A stretch of 64,000 nt of DNA from a bacterium (lineage in GTDB: Bacteria > Patescibacteriota > Saccharimonadia > Saccharimonadales > SZUA-47). This document shows positions 24,576 through 35,315 of this stretch, in pieces (within the stretch, counting starts at the first letter, position 1; each line of letters starts with the position of its first letter). The DNA is taken from assembly GCA_030427445.1 (NCBI GenBank), contig JAUIBQ010000001.1, positions 25,782-89,781 of the forward strand, read 5' to 3'. The notes beneath the pieces are model-generated. The model saw only the letters and a list, made by a program, of their open reading frames with translations, was not told the DNA's origin and ran no database searches. The position numbers and the translations under genes were made by a program.

Positions 24576-26087
24576 ATGAGTAAGGTACTTTACAGGGAAT
24601 ACCGCCCGCGTTCTCTTGACGACGTCAAAGGTCAGGATCACATCGTTAATGCACTGAAAAATGCACTAAAGAACGATGCAGTCGCTCATGCGTACCTTTT
24701 CACAGGCTCTCATGGAGTTGGCAAAACATCGGTCGCTCGAATACTAGCGCACCTTATCAACGACCTTGAGTACACAGGAGAAAATGAACATCTAGATATT
24801 ATCGAAATCGATGCTGCGAGTAACCGACGAATAGATGAAATCCGCGAACTACGAGAAAAAGCGTTCGTGGCACCAACGAGTGCAAAGTATAAAGTCTACA
24901 TCATCGATGAAGTTCACATGTTAACTCGTGAAGCGTTTAACGCGCTACTTAAAACACTAGAGGAACCACCCGAGCATTCAATCTTTATCCTAGCGACAAC
25001 CGAAGCTCACAAAGTACCTAGCACTATCATCAGCCGTACTCAGCGCTTTAGCTTCAAGCCTCAGGAAACTGACTCACTTGAAAGCAGACTCAAACACATC
25101 GCAGATAAAGAAAAGATTACAATAGACCCAAAAGCACTCACTCTGCTAGCGCGGCATTCGAATAGCAGTTTCCGTGATGCAATCAGCCTGCTTGATCAGG
25201 TTAAAAATATTAAAGATGGGGGTGAAATTACTGAGGATGATGTATCTCAAGTGATTGGTGTGCCTTCAACTGAACTTCTCGACAGCCTAACTGCAAGTTT
25301 AGATAAAAATGATTCTACGCTGTTGTTCACTACGACAGAAGAGCTCCGCAACCAAGGAATATCAGCTTCTGTTGTCGCACAAGAATTACTACGTGAACTA
25401 CGAGGTAAACTAAAGACTAACAGCAATCAATCATCGACGTATGTGACGGTCATGAAAACATTGCTGGAAACTATGAACCATTCTACATTTGACATTATCG
25501 AAGTTGCCATGTTGCAAGCAATGCAAGGCGAGAAGAATGACGGTGTACCAGCGCCGAAAAAAACCACAGAAATTCAACCTGAGCCAGTAAAAGTACAGCC
25601 TGAATCACACTCAAAACAGGAAGTAGCACCAGAGCCTGAGCCAGAAAGTAAGGCAACAGAAGAAAACGAGCCTGAAAAACAAGCTGAATCAGTGGCTAGA
25701 CCTGTGAGCAGCAATAAGTCCACGAACGGAATTGTAACATGGGATGATGTACTTTTAGCTCTGAAAGGCCACCACAACACGCTTTATGGCGTACTGAAGA
25801 TGTCTCAAGCAACACTTCGAGATGATTCAGTGGACATCACGTTTCGTTTTGCATTTCATGAGAAGCAGTTCCTGCAATCTAAACACACAAGTGTTCTAAA
25901 AAATATTCTGAAAGAAAGGTCAGGCAAAGATTTCTCAATCACTACAAATGTGAATTCAGCCCAACAGACACCCAGCACTCCTTCACCACAGCCATCGCAG
26001 CCACAAAGCCAACCTCAGTCTGGTAAAAAAGAAACAGAAATAGCAAACGTAAGCAATATTTTCTCAGGAGCGGAACTGCTAGAATAA
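24576..26087 (+). CDS. dnaX: DNA polymerase III subunit gamma/tau
   Basis: YREYRPRSLDDVKGQDHIV, GSHGVGKTS Walker A, IIDEVHML, SRTQRF. The C-terminal linker is low-complexity and Pro/Glu/Gln-rich. Confidence 0.9.
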   Translation: MSKVLYREYRPRSLDDVKGQDHIVNALKNALKNDAVAHAYLFTGSHGVGKTSVARILAHLINDLEYTGENEHLDIIEIDAASNRRIDEIRELREKAFVAPTSAKYKVYIIDEVHMLTREAFNALLKTLEEPPEHSIFILATTEAHKVPSTIISRTQRFSFKPQETDSLESRLKHIADKEKITIDPKALTLLARHSNSSFRDAISLLDQVKNIKDGGEITEDDVSQVIGVPSTELLDSLTASLDKNDSTLLFTTTEELRNQGISASVVAQELLRELRGKLKTNSNQSSTYVTVMKTLLETMNHSTFDIIEVAMLQAMQGEKNDGVPAPKKTTEIQPEPVKVQPESHSKQEVAPEPEPESKATEENEPEKQAESVARPVSSNKSTNGIVTWDDVLLALKGHHNTLYGVLKMSQATLRDDSVDITFRFAFHEKQFLQSKHTSVLKNILKERSGKDFSITTNVNSAQQTPSTPSPQPSQPQSQPQSGKKETEIANVSNIFSGAELLE

Positions 26088-26116
26088 CTAGCATAGAGAG
26101 CAGGGCGTAAAAATAA

Positions 26117-27466
26117 GTGGATAATAAATCTCAACCTAACAGTGTAGATGTCGAGGCAAGTGTACTCGGCGCGATTTTGATAGACCCAGATGCAATTGTC
26201 AAAATTGCGGATACCCTGCGACCTAACGACTTTTATGATGAGCGTCACCGTGTCATTTACGAGGCATGCATTAGTCTTTACGACGAAGGGCAGCCGATAG
26301 ATGTCATTACGCTAAGCGAAGAACTGCGTAAAGAAGGAACATTGCAAGACGTAGGTGGAAGTAGTTACATAACACAGCTTACAAACACTGTTCCATCTAG
26401 CGCCAACGCAGAGCAGTACGCGTCAATTATCTCTACTAAGTCAATTCGTCGTCGTCTAATCAACGCAAGTAATGAAATTGCGAAAATCGGAGCTGATGAA
26501 AAACGCACAATAGCAGAGCTCGTCGAAGAGGCTGAGTCTCGTCTGTTTGACGTAAGCAAACAGCACGTTGGAAATGACTTAGTGTCACTGGAGGATATCC
26601 TCTCGGATAGCTTTGATCGTCTCGACTCACTACACAAAGATAAAGGGAAGCTCCGCGGCATCCCGACAGGATTTAAAGATCTCGATAGTATGCTCGCAGG
26701 GTTTCAGAAGAGTGACTTAATCATTCTAGCTGCACGTCCTGCGATGGGTAAGACTGCGATGTCACTCAACTTAGCGCAAAACATTTCGATAAAAGCGAAA
26801 GAACCCGTGCTACTTTTTGCGCTTGAAATGAGCAAGGAACAATTAGTCGATAGAATGCTTGCGAGCGAAGCAGGCGTTCACTCATGGAATCTGCGTACTG
26901 GTAACCTTACTGACAGCGATTTTGAAAAGCTAGGTCATGCGATGGGCTCGTTAGGTGAAGCAAAACTTTATATTGATGATACTCCAGGTATCACTGTGTC
27001 TGATATTCGTACAAAGGCACGCCGTGAAGCTCACAAGCACCCACTTGGACTCATTATCGTCGACTACCTGCAGCTTATGAGTGGTGGAAGTCGATTTAGC
27101 GGTAGCGATAACCGTGTACAAGAGATTTCCGAAATCTCACGTGGCCTCAAGCTAATTGCTCGAGAATTAAATGTTCCAGTTCTTGCATTAAGTCAGCTCT
27201 CTCGTTCTGTCGAGAGTAGAACACCTAAAATCCCGCAGCTAGCCGACCTTCGTGAATCAGGATCTATCGAGCAAGACGCCGACCTTGTGATGTTCCTCTA
27301 TCGTGACGATTACTACAATCCAGAAACAACCGAAAAACCTAATGTGCTAGATGTATTAATATCAAAGCACAGAAACGGTCCAACCGGCAAAGTAGAGCTC
27401 TACTTCGATAGAGAAAAACAGAAGATTTTTAACCTCGACCGTAAACACGAAGACCCATTTGAATAG
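26117..27466 (+). CDS. dnaB: replicative DNA helicase DnaB
   Basis: N-terminal EASVLGAILIDPDA. RecA-like core ARPAMGKTA, IVDYLQLM, SQLSR. GTG start. Confidence 0.93.
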   Translation: MDNKSQPNSVDVEASVLGAILIDPDAIVKIADTLRPNDFYDERHRVIYEACISLYDEGQPIDVITLSEELRKEGTLQDVGGSSYITQLTNTVPSSANAEQYASIISTKSIRRRLINASNEIAKIGADEKRTIAELVEEAESRLFDVSKQHVGNDLVSLEDILSDSFDRLDSLHKDKGKLRGIPTGFKDLDSMLAGFQKSDLIILAARPAMGKTAMSLNLAQNISIKAKEPVLLFALEMSKEQLVDRMLASEAGVHSWNLRTGNLTDSDFEKLGHAMGSLGEAKLYIDDTPGITVSDIRTKARREAHKHPLGLIIVDYLQLMSGGSRFSGSDNRVQEISEISRGLKLIARELNVPVLALSQLSRSVESRTPKIPQLADLRESGSIEQDADLVMFLYRDDYYNPETTEKPNVLDVLISKHRNGPTGKVELYFDREKQKIFNLDRKHEDPFE

Positions 27467-27529
27467 CCCTTGGAAGATTGCATTTTATTCGAGTAGTATA
27501 ACTGTTATACTTGAGACAACGATAGAGAT

Positions 27530-28780
27530 ATGAAACGAATAAAAAGTCTTTTTAGTGGTGGGGTACGTAACGAGAGGATAGCTCAGTTTTTTAGTAACAT
27601 GCGCTCAAAAATCCCTAAAAAAACACCACAAATTATCGCTGGGTGTATTTTTTTTAGTGCAATTGCAGGATTCAGCATTTGGGTACTGTCGCAAATACCA
27701 GAGCGCGCTTCATCTTTGGAAGTTGTAAATACGATGCAAGCAGAATCCTGGGAAGAGATTTTACGCAACCCATTATATCTGCCATATAAACTAGCATCCT
27801 TCTTACTGCTACTCTTTACCGACAGTGTTCGTTCTGTGCGAGCTGTAAGTATCGTCGTGTTTATGATGTGCGGAGTAGCTTTATTTAGCCTACTCAAACG
27901 ATGGCACTCTACACGCGTAGCAGTGCTCACTTTATTGCTTTTCGCAACGAATGCAACAGTACTGACCATCTCTCGTCTCGCAGACCCGTTAGTGATGCTG
28001 TTTTCATGGTCTATTTTATTAAGTATTCTTTTGTGGCTACTTCACAGCAACTCTAAGCATATTGCGCCAGTCTCACTTGCTATCGTCGGAGTTTTGCTAC
28101 TCTATATACCTGGATCTATCTATGTGTTTTTTGTTCTTGCTTTATTGTTCTCTAACAGGATAAAAGGATTCTTGCGAGGGTTGTCACTACGCTCGATTAT
28201 CATCTCTACGATAGTTCTTTTCATTGCGGTGGGACCACTGATTTTTGCGAGCATGAATGATGTTGGTGTTATTCGTGCATGGCTACTACTGCCTGAAAGT
28301 ATTATCCTCTTTGATATACCGAAAAATATCTTGGCTGTCCCTAGTAGCTACTTCTATCGTTTTCAGATAGCCGACCCACTCATCACCGTCGGCAGACTTC
28401 CTATCTTAGATATCGCAAGTGGTGCGCTAATGATACTCGGCGCGTATAGTTACTACAGAAACCGTGTGCTTGAGCGGACTAAAATCCTTGTTCTAGGAAG
28501 CTTACTCGCAGTTTTACTCGGAGCTCTCGGGCAAGTCAGACTAGGAGTTGCGATATTTTTGCCGTTTGCTTTTATCCTCATGGCGGGAGGCATTTCTTAC
28601 CTACTAGACCTTTGGTATTCAGTGTTCCCTAAGAACCCGCTCGCGCGCACGATTGCATTCGTGTTTATAGGATTAATCGTTCTTGCAAGCGCCTCGTACC
28701 AGCTAAAGAAATTCTTCGTCGTCTGGCCAAACACACCTGAAACATACGAGACGTATGACCAGCCTCGTTTGATACAATAA
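27530..28780 (+). CDS. polytopic membrane protein (possibly a GT-C type glycosyltransferase)
   Basis: 416 aa with about 10 or more hydrophobic helices. The family assignment is a guess from architecture only. Confidence 0.55.
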   Translation: MKRIKSLFSGGVRNERIAQFFSNMRSKIPKKTPQIIAGCIFFSAIAGFSIWVLSQIPERASSLEVVNTMQAESWEEILRNPLYLPYKLASFLLLLFTDSVRSVRAVSIVVFMMCGVALFSLLKRWHSTRVAVLTLLLFATNATVLTISRLADPLVMLFSWSILLSILLWLLHSNSKHIAPVSLAIVGVLLLYIPGSIYVFFVLALLFSNRIKGFLRGLSLRSIIISTIVLFIAVGPLIFASMNDVGVIRAWLLLPESIILFDIPKNILAVPSSYFYRFQIADPLITVGRLPILDIASGALMILGAYSYYRNRVLERTKILVLGSLLAVLLGALGQVRLGVAIFLPFAFILMAGGISYLLDLWYSVFPKNPLARTIAFVFIGLIVLASASYQLKKFFVVWPNTPETYETYDQPRLIQ

Positions 28781-28818
28781 ATACATTAAGTAATTCTATG
28801 CACTAAGGGAGTACATGA

Positions 28819-29112
28819 ATGAGTAAGTTCGATCAAGCGAAAATGCTGATGCAGATGCGTAAAGTACAAAAAGAACTTCAAAAAGAAGTCATCAGAGCTG
28901 AAGCAGGCGATGGCGCTGTCACAGTAGATATCAACGGTGAGATGAAAATCAAAAATATTTCTATTGATCCAGAAGCTGTGGACCTCGACGACATCGGTCA
29001 ACTCGAAAATTGGGTTGAAGAAGCTGTCAAAGCTGCAATGGAGCAAAGCCAGAAACTAGCTGCTGAGAAAATGCAACCAATGATGGGTAGCCTCGGCAAC
29101 CTAGGCATGTAA
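28819..29112 (+). CDS. ybaB: YbaB/EbfC family nucleoid-associated protein
   Basis: The MLMQMRKVQKELQKE start, ~97-aa size, and position upstream of recR. Confidence 0.88.
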   Translation: MSKFDQAKMLMQMRKVQKELQKEVIRAEAGDGAVTVDINGEMKIKNISIDPEAVDLDDIGQLENWVEEAVKAAMEQSQKLAAEKMQPMMGSLGNLGM

Positions 29113-29126
29113 GTAAGCTTCTCACC

Positions 29127-29738
29127 GTGAAGTATGTACCAAAAGCAGTTCAAGACGCTATTGATGCGTTATCTAAACTCCCTGGCGTAGGCCCAAGGAG
29201 TGCTGAGCGCTATGCATACTTTTTGTTTAAAAATGATGCTCGAATAGCTTCAGCGCTATCAGATAGTCTTTCTTCACTTCATGAAGATGTGAAGTATTGC
29301 CCAGTTACACATGTACTCATTAATAAAGACCAGGAAGTTTCACCACTTTACGAGAATCCCAATCGCGATAAAAAACTCATCGCTGTCGTCGCTGAACCAT
29401 TCGACGCTATTGCACTAGAAAAAGCTGGCGTGTTTAAAGGCACGTACCACTCGCTAGGAGGTTTACTCTCTCCTTTAGATGGAATCTCTGAAGACTCCTT
29501 GCACATCACGTCACTGTTAGAGCGGATTGAAACAGATGAAGTAAACGAAATTATCCTCGCTACTAGCTCATCGGTGGAAGGTGAGAGTACTGCACTCTAC
29601 ATCCAAAAACTCGTGAATGATAAATACCCCGACGTGACTGTCACTCGTCTTGCTAGAGGGCTTCCGATGGGTACTGATTTAGAATACGCAGATCACGTAA
29701 CACTCGGTCGTGCTTTTGAGCATCGCCAACACTTCTAG
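29127..29738 (+). CDS. recR: recombination protein RecR (zinc-finger cysteines largely absent)
   Basis: HhH LPGVGPRSAERYAYF. Toprim region (LIAVVAEPFDAIALEK, ILATSSSVEGESTALY). GTG start. Confidence 0.88.
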   Translation: MKYVPKAVQDAIDALSKLPGVGPRSAERYAYFLFKNDARIASALSDSLSSLHEDVKYCPVTHVLINKDQEVSPLYENPNRDKKLIAVVAEPFDAIALEKAGVFKGTYHSLGGLLSPLDGISEDSLHITSLLERIETDEVNEIILATSSSVEGESTALYIQKLVNDKYPDVTVTRLARGLPMGTDLEYADHVTLGRAFEHRQHF

Positions 29739-29757
29739 TGGTATACTGTTATCTATA

Positions 29758-30741
29758 ATGAGTTACGCAAACGTAGGTAAGATTGTTGATGAATCACAGC
29801 ATATCGTAGTGCTTCAAGCAGATAACCCAGACGGAGATTCTGTTGGTTCTAGTTTAGCGCTTGAAGCTATCCTGAGCGAAATGGGCAAACAAGTAACTCT
29901 TGTCTGTGCAATCGACATACCTGCACACCTTAAATACTTGAGCGGTTGGGACAGAATCCAGCGTGATGTACCAAACTCTTTCGACGCGACGATAATCGTG
30001 GACAACAGTACTGAAGCACTGTTTGAAATAATTGAGGGTCGTGAAAGCTTCGCATGGATTAAGACGAAACCAGTCATCGTCATCGATCACCACACAACAT
30101 CGAATGGGCTTTCATTTGCTACTGAAAGTATAGTCGAACCTGTAGTTGCGACAAGTGAACTGCTTTATAAGATTGCTAGTGAGTTAGAGTGGCCACTACC
30201 AACAGATGCTTGCGACATGATGGCAGTATCAATCATGAGCGACAGCCTTGGCCTGACAACAGATGCTACAACCGCTGATTCATTTCGTGTCATGGCCAAG
30301 CTTGTTGAACGTGGGGCTGATATAGCTAAACTTGACGCAGCAAGACGGGAAATGGGGAAGAAGGAACCAGAATTGCTGCCCTACAAAGGTGAATTACTCA
30401 GAAGAGTAGAATTTAGTGTCAACGGTAAGCTTGCCAGTATAACCATCCCCTGGAAAGAAATCGAAAAATACAGCCCGATTTATAATCCGACGATGCTCGT
30501 CATAGATGATATGCGTTCAACTATTGGTGTGGTTGTTGCAATAGGTTATAAGGTATATAGCGACGGTAAAATCACCGCAAAAATACGCTGCAACTATGGC
30601 ACACCTGTTGCTGACGCACTAGCAAGTCACTTTGGAGGTGGTGGGCACCCGTATGCTGCAGGATTTAAAATTCTCGACGGCACACCGATAGTCGACATCA
30701 AACGCCAAGTAGAAGAAAAACTAGAAGAACTACTAGCATGA
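29758..30741 (+). CDS. DHH-family phosphoesterase (NrnA-like oligoribonuclease/pAp phosphatase)
   Basis: DGDSVGSSLAL, VIDHHTTSNG (DHH) and GGGHPYAAGF (DHHA1) motifs. The ATG at 29758 avoids overlap with recR. Confidence 0.8.
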   Translation: MSYANVGKIVDESQHIVVLQADNPDGDSVGSSLALEAILSEMGKQVTLVCAIDIPAHLKYLSGWDRIQRDVPNSFDATIIVDNSTEALFEIIEGRESFAWIKTKPVIVIDHHTTSNGLSFATESIVEPVVATSELLYKIASELEWPLPTDACDMMAVSIMSDSLGLTTDATTADSFRVMAKLVERGADIAKLDAARREMGKKEPELLPYKGELLRRVEFSVNGKLASITIPWKEIEKYSPIYNPTMLVIDDMRSTIGVVVAIGYKVYSDGKITAKIRCNYGTPVADALASHFGGGGHPYAAGFKILDGTPIVDIKRQVEEKLEELLA

Positions 30742-32108
30742 AACTCTATAATACGCTGACACGATCTATTGAACTTTTCAAGCCAATACACGGCAGTCAG
30801 GTGTCGATGTATACATGTGGTCTAACAGTCTATTCACACCCCCATATTGGTAACTGGGTCGCGTATATTTACTGGGATATCCTCCAAAGAATACTGACTC
30901 ACCACGGGTACGACGTGAAACGGATACAGAATATCACCGATGTTGGCCACCTCACTAGTGACGATGACGCCGGAGAAGACAAGATGCAAGTACGCGCAGC
31001 AAAAGAAGGTAAAACTGCTTGGGATATAGCAGATACATATTCGTCGATTGCGCTTAATGAGTCTCAAGAGCTAGGACTTATCACCCCTACACTTATTAGA
31101 GCTACGAGTTGTATAGACAAACAAATAGAGTTCGTTAATCAGCTAGAAGACAAGGGCTATACCTACATAATCAAAGATGAAGGTGTGTATTTCGATACAA
31201 GTAAACTACCTGACTACGGCAAGCTTGCGCAGCTCGATATTGACGGACTAGATGCAGGTGCAAGAGTTTCTGTCGACGGTAAACGCAATCCAACCGATTT
31301 TGCATTATGGAAATTCAGCCCTAAGAATGCCAAACGAGATATGGAGTGGGAAAGTCCCTGGGGAGTAGGATTCCCAGGATGGCATCTTGAATGCTCAGCA
31401 ATCGCACACGAGTCGCTAGGCGAGCATATCGACATACATACAGGAGGTATCGACCACATACCTGTGCACCATACGAACGAAATTGCTCAAAGCGAAGCAT
31501 TATACGGACCAAACCTCGCGAAGTATTGGGTACATGCGAATCATATCAAGGTAAATGGTACAAAAATGAGTAAAAGCCTTGGTAACGTATACACACTTGA
31601 GGACATTAAAGAAAAAGGCTACAGTGTCGTCGCATTTAAATTACTAATCCTAAGTAAGCACTATCGCACAGAAGGTAATTTTTCATGGGAGATACTCGAA
31701 AGTTCACAAAATAGGCTACAAAACTGGCAGGCGCAGCGAGATAAAGTATGGCAGATCGACCAAGATACAGAGCACCAGCAAGCGTTGCAGCGCATTAAAG
31801 AGTCACTATACGATGATCTTGATACGCCTAAAGCACTTGCCGCAATCGACGAGTACTTCGATGCAGCAGAAAAAAGACAAAAAGCTCCAAACATTGAAGT
31901 GTTCAACACCATCGAAACATTACTCGGTATCAAACTGATAGACATCGATGCGCCTGACGAGATAAAAAAACTACTAGAAATGCGCTCAATCGCTCGTGAT
32001 AGCAAAAACTGGGAAGAGTCCGATAACATCAGACAACAGCTACATGAGTTAGGATACGGCGTGTCAGACGGTCCGCATGGACAGATCTGGTCACGTATTA
32101 AAGCTTAG
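30738..32108 (+). CDS. cysS: cysteine--tRNA ligase
   Basis: Class I motifs HIGN and KMSKS. CysRS blocks GFPGWHLECSA. Confidence 0.93.
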   Translation: MKLYNTLTRSIELFKPIHGSQVSMYTCGLTVYSHPHIGNWVAYIYWDILQRILTHHGYDVKRIQNITDVGHLTSDDDAGEDKMQVRAAKEGKTAWDIADTYSSIALNESQELGLITPTLIRATSCIDKQIEFVNQLEDKGYTYIIKDEGVYFDTSKLPDYGKLAQLDIDGLDAGARVSVDGKRNPTDFALWKFSPKNAKRDMEWESPWGVGFPGWHLECSAIAHESLGEHIDIHTGGIDHIPVHHTNEIAQSEALYGPNLAKYWVHANHIKVNGTKMSKSLGNVYTLEDIKEKGYSVVAFKLLILSKHYRTEGNFSWEILESSQNRLQNWQAQRDKVWQIDQDTEHQQALQRIKESLYDDLDTPKALAAIDEYFDAAEKRQKAPNIEVFNTIETLLGIKLIDIDAPDEIKKLLEMRSIARDSKNWEESDNIRQQLHELGYGVSDGPHGQIWSRIKA

Positions 32109-32116
32109 GACGTTTA

Positions 32117-33205
32117 CTACGCAGTTGGTTTTTCTTTTTCTCTACTCTTGATCCACTCTTCTAATAAGATTTTAAGACATCCAACAACAGGTATTGCGAC
32201 AAACGCACCAAGTATACCGCCAAACCCTACTCCGATTATTGCAGCGATAAACACAAGCATTGGAGTTAAGTCATTGCCTCGTGACTGAATGATAGGCTGC
32301 ACTGAAGCATTTTCTATCTGCTGATACACGATAAAGTAGACAAGCACAACTGCTGCCATAGGAAGACTTGCAATTGCTGAAAATGTAATAACAATGAGAC
32401 TTCCTAGAATAGTACCAATCGTTGGTACGAGGCTGAAAAGAAACACAAGCCCTCCAAGTGCGACGATGTTGAGTGATGTCACGCCAAATATTTTTGTGAT
32501 AATCAACAACGATATCATTGCAAATGTTGCGCCTATCCCAGCTACAATTACTTGACCGTTTACATAATTAATAACTACTTCATACATCCTATGAGCGACT
32601 CGCTCATGATCTTTGCGCCTCTGCTTCGGATAGTGTCTCCAGAATGTCTTAATCCACCGAGGACCCTCAGATAGCATCATAAACGTAAGAATCAACACAG
32701 TCACAATAGATATCAAGTTCGACACGACACGATTAGCGACACTCACGGCACTATTGCTCACACGTGAGAAATCACTCGTCCAGCCCGAGACGAACTCTTC
32801 AACCTGTTCATCTATCTCGTTCTCGCTTATAAAGCTGCCGATGGTACCTTCATTTTCCTCTACATTGCTAATTGTATCTGGTAGTTTGTCTATAAAATCT
32901 GAAGTTTGAGAGAAAAGCGGCGGCAAAACGAGGCTGAAAAATAGTATCAAAAAAGATATAACACCTACATATGCAATTGCAGTCGCGGCTGTACGGCTTT
33001 TAAGCTTCAAAGATCGAGAAAGCTTTGTCACGATCGGGTTTAAGGCAAGTGCAAAGAAAAAAGACACGAAAATGAGTGTAATTGGATGAATCATCGCTTC
33101 AATTATCTGGAATGCAAACAATGTTGCGGCCACGATCAACACGATCGTCACAACTGTCTTTACTGATACTGTAATTTCTTGTGGTTTGTCTTTTCGTCCA
33201 AGCAT
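32117..33205 (-). CDS. AI-2E family transporter (PerM/UPF0118)
   Basis: ~360-aa polytopic protein with the typical AI-2E helix layout and C-terminal conserved region (VPTIGTILGS...QQIENASVQP). Confidence 0.8.
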   Translation of the reverse strand: MLGRKDKPQEITVSVKTVVTIVLIVAATLFAFQIIEAMIHPITLIFVSFFFALALNPIVTKLSRSLKLKSRTAATAIAYVGVISFLILFFSLVLPPLFSQTSDFIDKLPDTISNVEENEGTIGSFISENEIDEQVEEFVSGWTSDFSRVSNSAVSVANRVVSNLISIVTVLILTFMMLSEGPRWIKTFWRHYPKQRRKDHERVAHRMYEVVINYVNGQVIVAGIGATFAMISLLIITKIFGVTSLNIVALGGLVFLFSLVPTIGTILGSLIVITFSAIASLPMAAVVLVYFIVYQQIENASVQPIIQSRGNDLTPMLVFIAAIIGVGFGGILGAFVAIPVVGCLKILLEEWIKSREKEKPTA

Positions 33206-33245
33206 AGAATAATTATCTCTTAGTCAGCTAATTAGCGCAACTTTC

Positions 33246-34349
33246 TCATCGTTCATAAGCTTTTTCAAGTGTATCTACGATTCTTTGTATATCAAATTCA
33301 TGTACAAAATCGTGTTGTTTACCGCCTATGCTGGTTCGCAGTTTGTCGTCGGTCAGGAATGACTCAAGAACGCGAGCAAACTCTTCAAAGTTATTAGGGT
33401 TAAATAACGTACGTGGCTCTAACCCTAAGACACTTCGGTACCCAGGATTATCACCGCCGATCGTTACCCCCGCTTTTGCACTCATCGCTTCAGCCAATAC
33501 GATGCCGAAGCTCTCGCCACTCGTAGAAGGGAACACAGCTACATCTGCATCTGCTAAGTACTGAGCCTTTTGTTCATCGCTTACGAAACCAGGGAAGTGT
33601 ATTGCGATCTGTTTTTGGTCTGCTAACTGCTTCATTTCATCTAACAAAGGTCCTTTACCGCACATCGTGAGTTCTGTGTTAGCTTGGATTTTTTCTGGCA
33701 ACAAACTATACGACTCGACAAGTTGCCTCACACCTTTACGCTCGTCAAATCTACCGACATATACAACTTGTTTTTTATCAGATTTTTGCTTATTGAACGC
33801 ACTGTAAAATGCATAGTCCACAGGGTTTGCAAGCACCTCACCGTCCACGCCAAAGGTATCTTTCATGAAAACACGCGCAGGTTTTGATACGGCAAAAAAT
33901 CCATCAAATTTATTAAGATTCTTTTTCAAAAAAATACCAAGTAATTTTGTTCCAATCGACGTTAACCTGTCATACGGCAAGATATGAAATGTTCCAAATA
34001 CTTTTGTATCTTCACCTGCACTAGCCACAACTCTTCCAGCCATCAACGGACTATACGGCATCTGGACATGCAGCACATCCAAGTCCAGGCTGTTGAGAAG
34101 TTTTTTAATAGTACGCCTGCTCGCAGGTTTTGGAGTACGCACAGAATTACCATTAAAAGGCAATGAAACGAACCCTCCTAGAGAGTGCACATTCTTGATG
34201 TCGTCACGCTTTGTATCCGTGACGAGATAGTGTACTTCATGACCTCTACTCGACAATTCTTTACCAATATCAAGCACTGCTGCTTGCACACCGTCAGGTT
34301 TATCTAGAGTATCATCAAGTACTAATCCGATTTTTAGTCTATTGTTCAT
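33246..34349 (-). CDS. glycosyltransferase family 4 (GT-B)
   Basis: PSTSGESFGIVLAEAMS block (EX7E region). N-terminal MNNRLKIGLVLDD. Start moved to M33 of the listed ORF. Confidence 0.8.
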   Translation of the reverse strand: MNNRLKIGLVLDDTLDKPDGVQAAVLDIGKELSSRGHEVHYLVTDTKRDDIKNVHSLGGFVSLPFNGNSVRTPKPASRRTIKKLLNSLDLDVLHVQMPYSPLMAGRVVASAGEDTKVFGTFHILPYDRLTSIGTKLLGIFLKKNLNKFDGFFAVSKPARVFMKDTFGVDGEVLANPVDYAFYSAFNKQKSDKKQVVYVGRFDERKGVRQLVESYSLLPEKIQANTELTMCGKGPLLDEMKQLADQKQIAIHFPGFVSDEQKAQYLADADVAVFPSTSGESFGIVLAEAMSAKAGVTIGGDNPGYRSVLGLEPRTLFNPNNFEEFARVLESFLTDDKLRTSIGGKQHDFVHEFDIQRIVDTLEKAYER

Positions 34350-34373
34350 TAAAAGATAGTTTATACTACTATC

Positions 34374-35315
34374 ATGAAAGATGATAATTATACAATCAAT
34401 AGTGGTCACCTCGACGTAGGAGACGGACATCAAATCTACTATCAAGAGTGGGGCGACAAGACAGCTGCACCCATACTTTCATTTCATGGAGGACCAGGAA
34501 GCGCCACTAAAAATAAACATAAAAATATATTCGACCCTAAAAAGCACCATGTTATCTTTTTCGATCAACGCGGGTGTGGTAACAGTAAGTACATAGACCC
34601 ACTTAAAAATAATACGACTCAACACCTATGCAGGGATGCAATAAGGCTGCTTGATTATTTATCAGTGGATAAGGCTCATATATACGGGTATTCCTGGGGT
34701 TCAACGCTAGCTTTGTATTTTGCCACTAAACACACCAGCAAAGTCTCATCAATGATTATCGGCGGTGTATTTCTTGGTACGAACGAAGAAATCAACTACT
34801 TATTCAATGGCGGATATAAAGAATTTGCACCAGAAGCATGGGATTACTACTGCGAACCTGTACCGAACAAAGAACGCGATAACCCACTCGCTTTTTACGC
34901 TACAAACTTACTAGACCCTAATATCGACGACAATCACAAGCTAGACTTAGCGAAACACTACTCAATCTTAGAGTCTTCTATGGCAATGCTCGATAATGAC
35001 TACTACACGACGAAAATTAATTCCGATGATGTTGACCTGGAAGATATAACGAGTATGACTATCGGTCTACATTATTTTTCGAATGATTGCTTCATACCTA
35101 GTGCGTACTTCAAAGATAATTTAGTTAAACTTAAAAAAATTCAGTGTGTTATAGTGCAGGGCACTATGGATTTCGTATGCCCGCCAGCGACAGCTAAGCT
35201 TGTAGCTGACACCCTCGGAGAGAGTGCACATCTGCACTTAGTGCCTACTTCTCATGCACGCGAAGGAGCGATGAGAGAGACGATTAAGGCATATGTATGG
35301 AGTGTCTATAATTAG
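34374..35315 (+). CDS. pip: prolyl aminopeptidase (proline iminopeptidase, alpha/beta hydrolase)
   Basis: HGGPGS, FDQRGCGNS and nucleophile elbow GYSWGS. Confidence 0.8.
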   Translation: MKDDNYTINSGHLDVGDGHQIYYQEWGDKTAAPILSFHGGPGSATKNKHKNIFDPKKHHVIFFDQRGCGNSKYIDPLKNNTTQHLCRDAIRLLDYLSVDKAHIYGYSWGSTLALYFATKHTSKVSSMIIGGVFLGTNEEINYLFNGGYKEFAPEAWDYYCEPVPNKERDNPLAFYATNLLDPNIDDNHKLDLAKHYSILESSMAMLDNDYYTTKINSDDVDLEDITSMTIGLHYFSNDCFIPSAYFKDNLVKLKKIQCVIVQGTMDFVCPPATAKLVADTLGESAHLHLVPTSHAREGAMRETIKAYVWSVYN

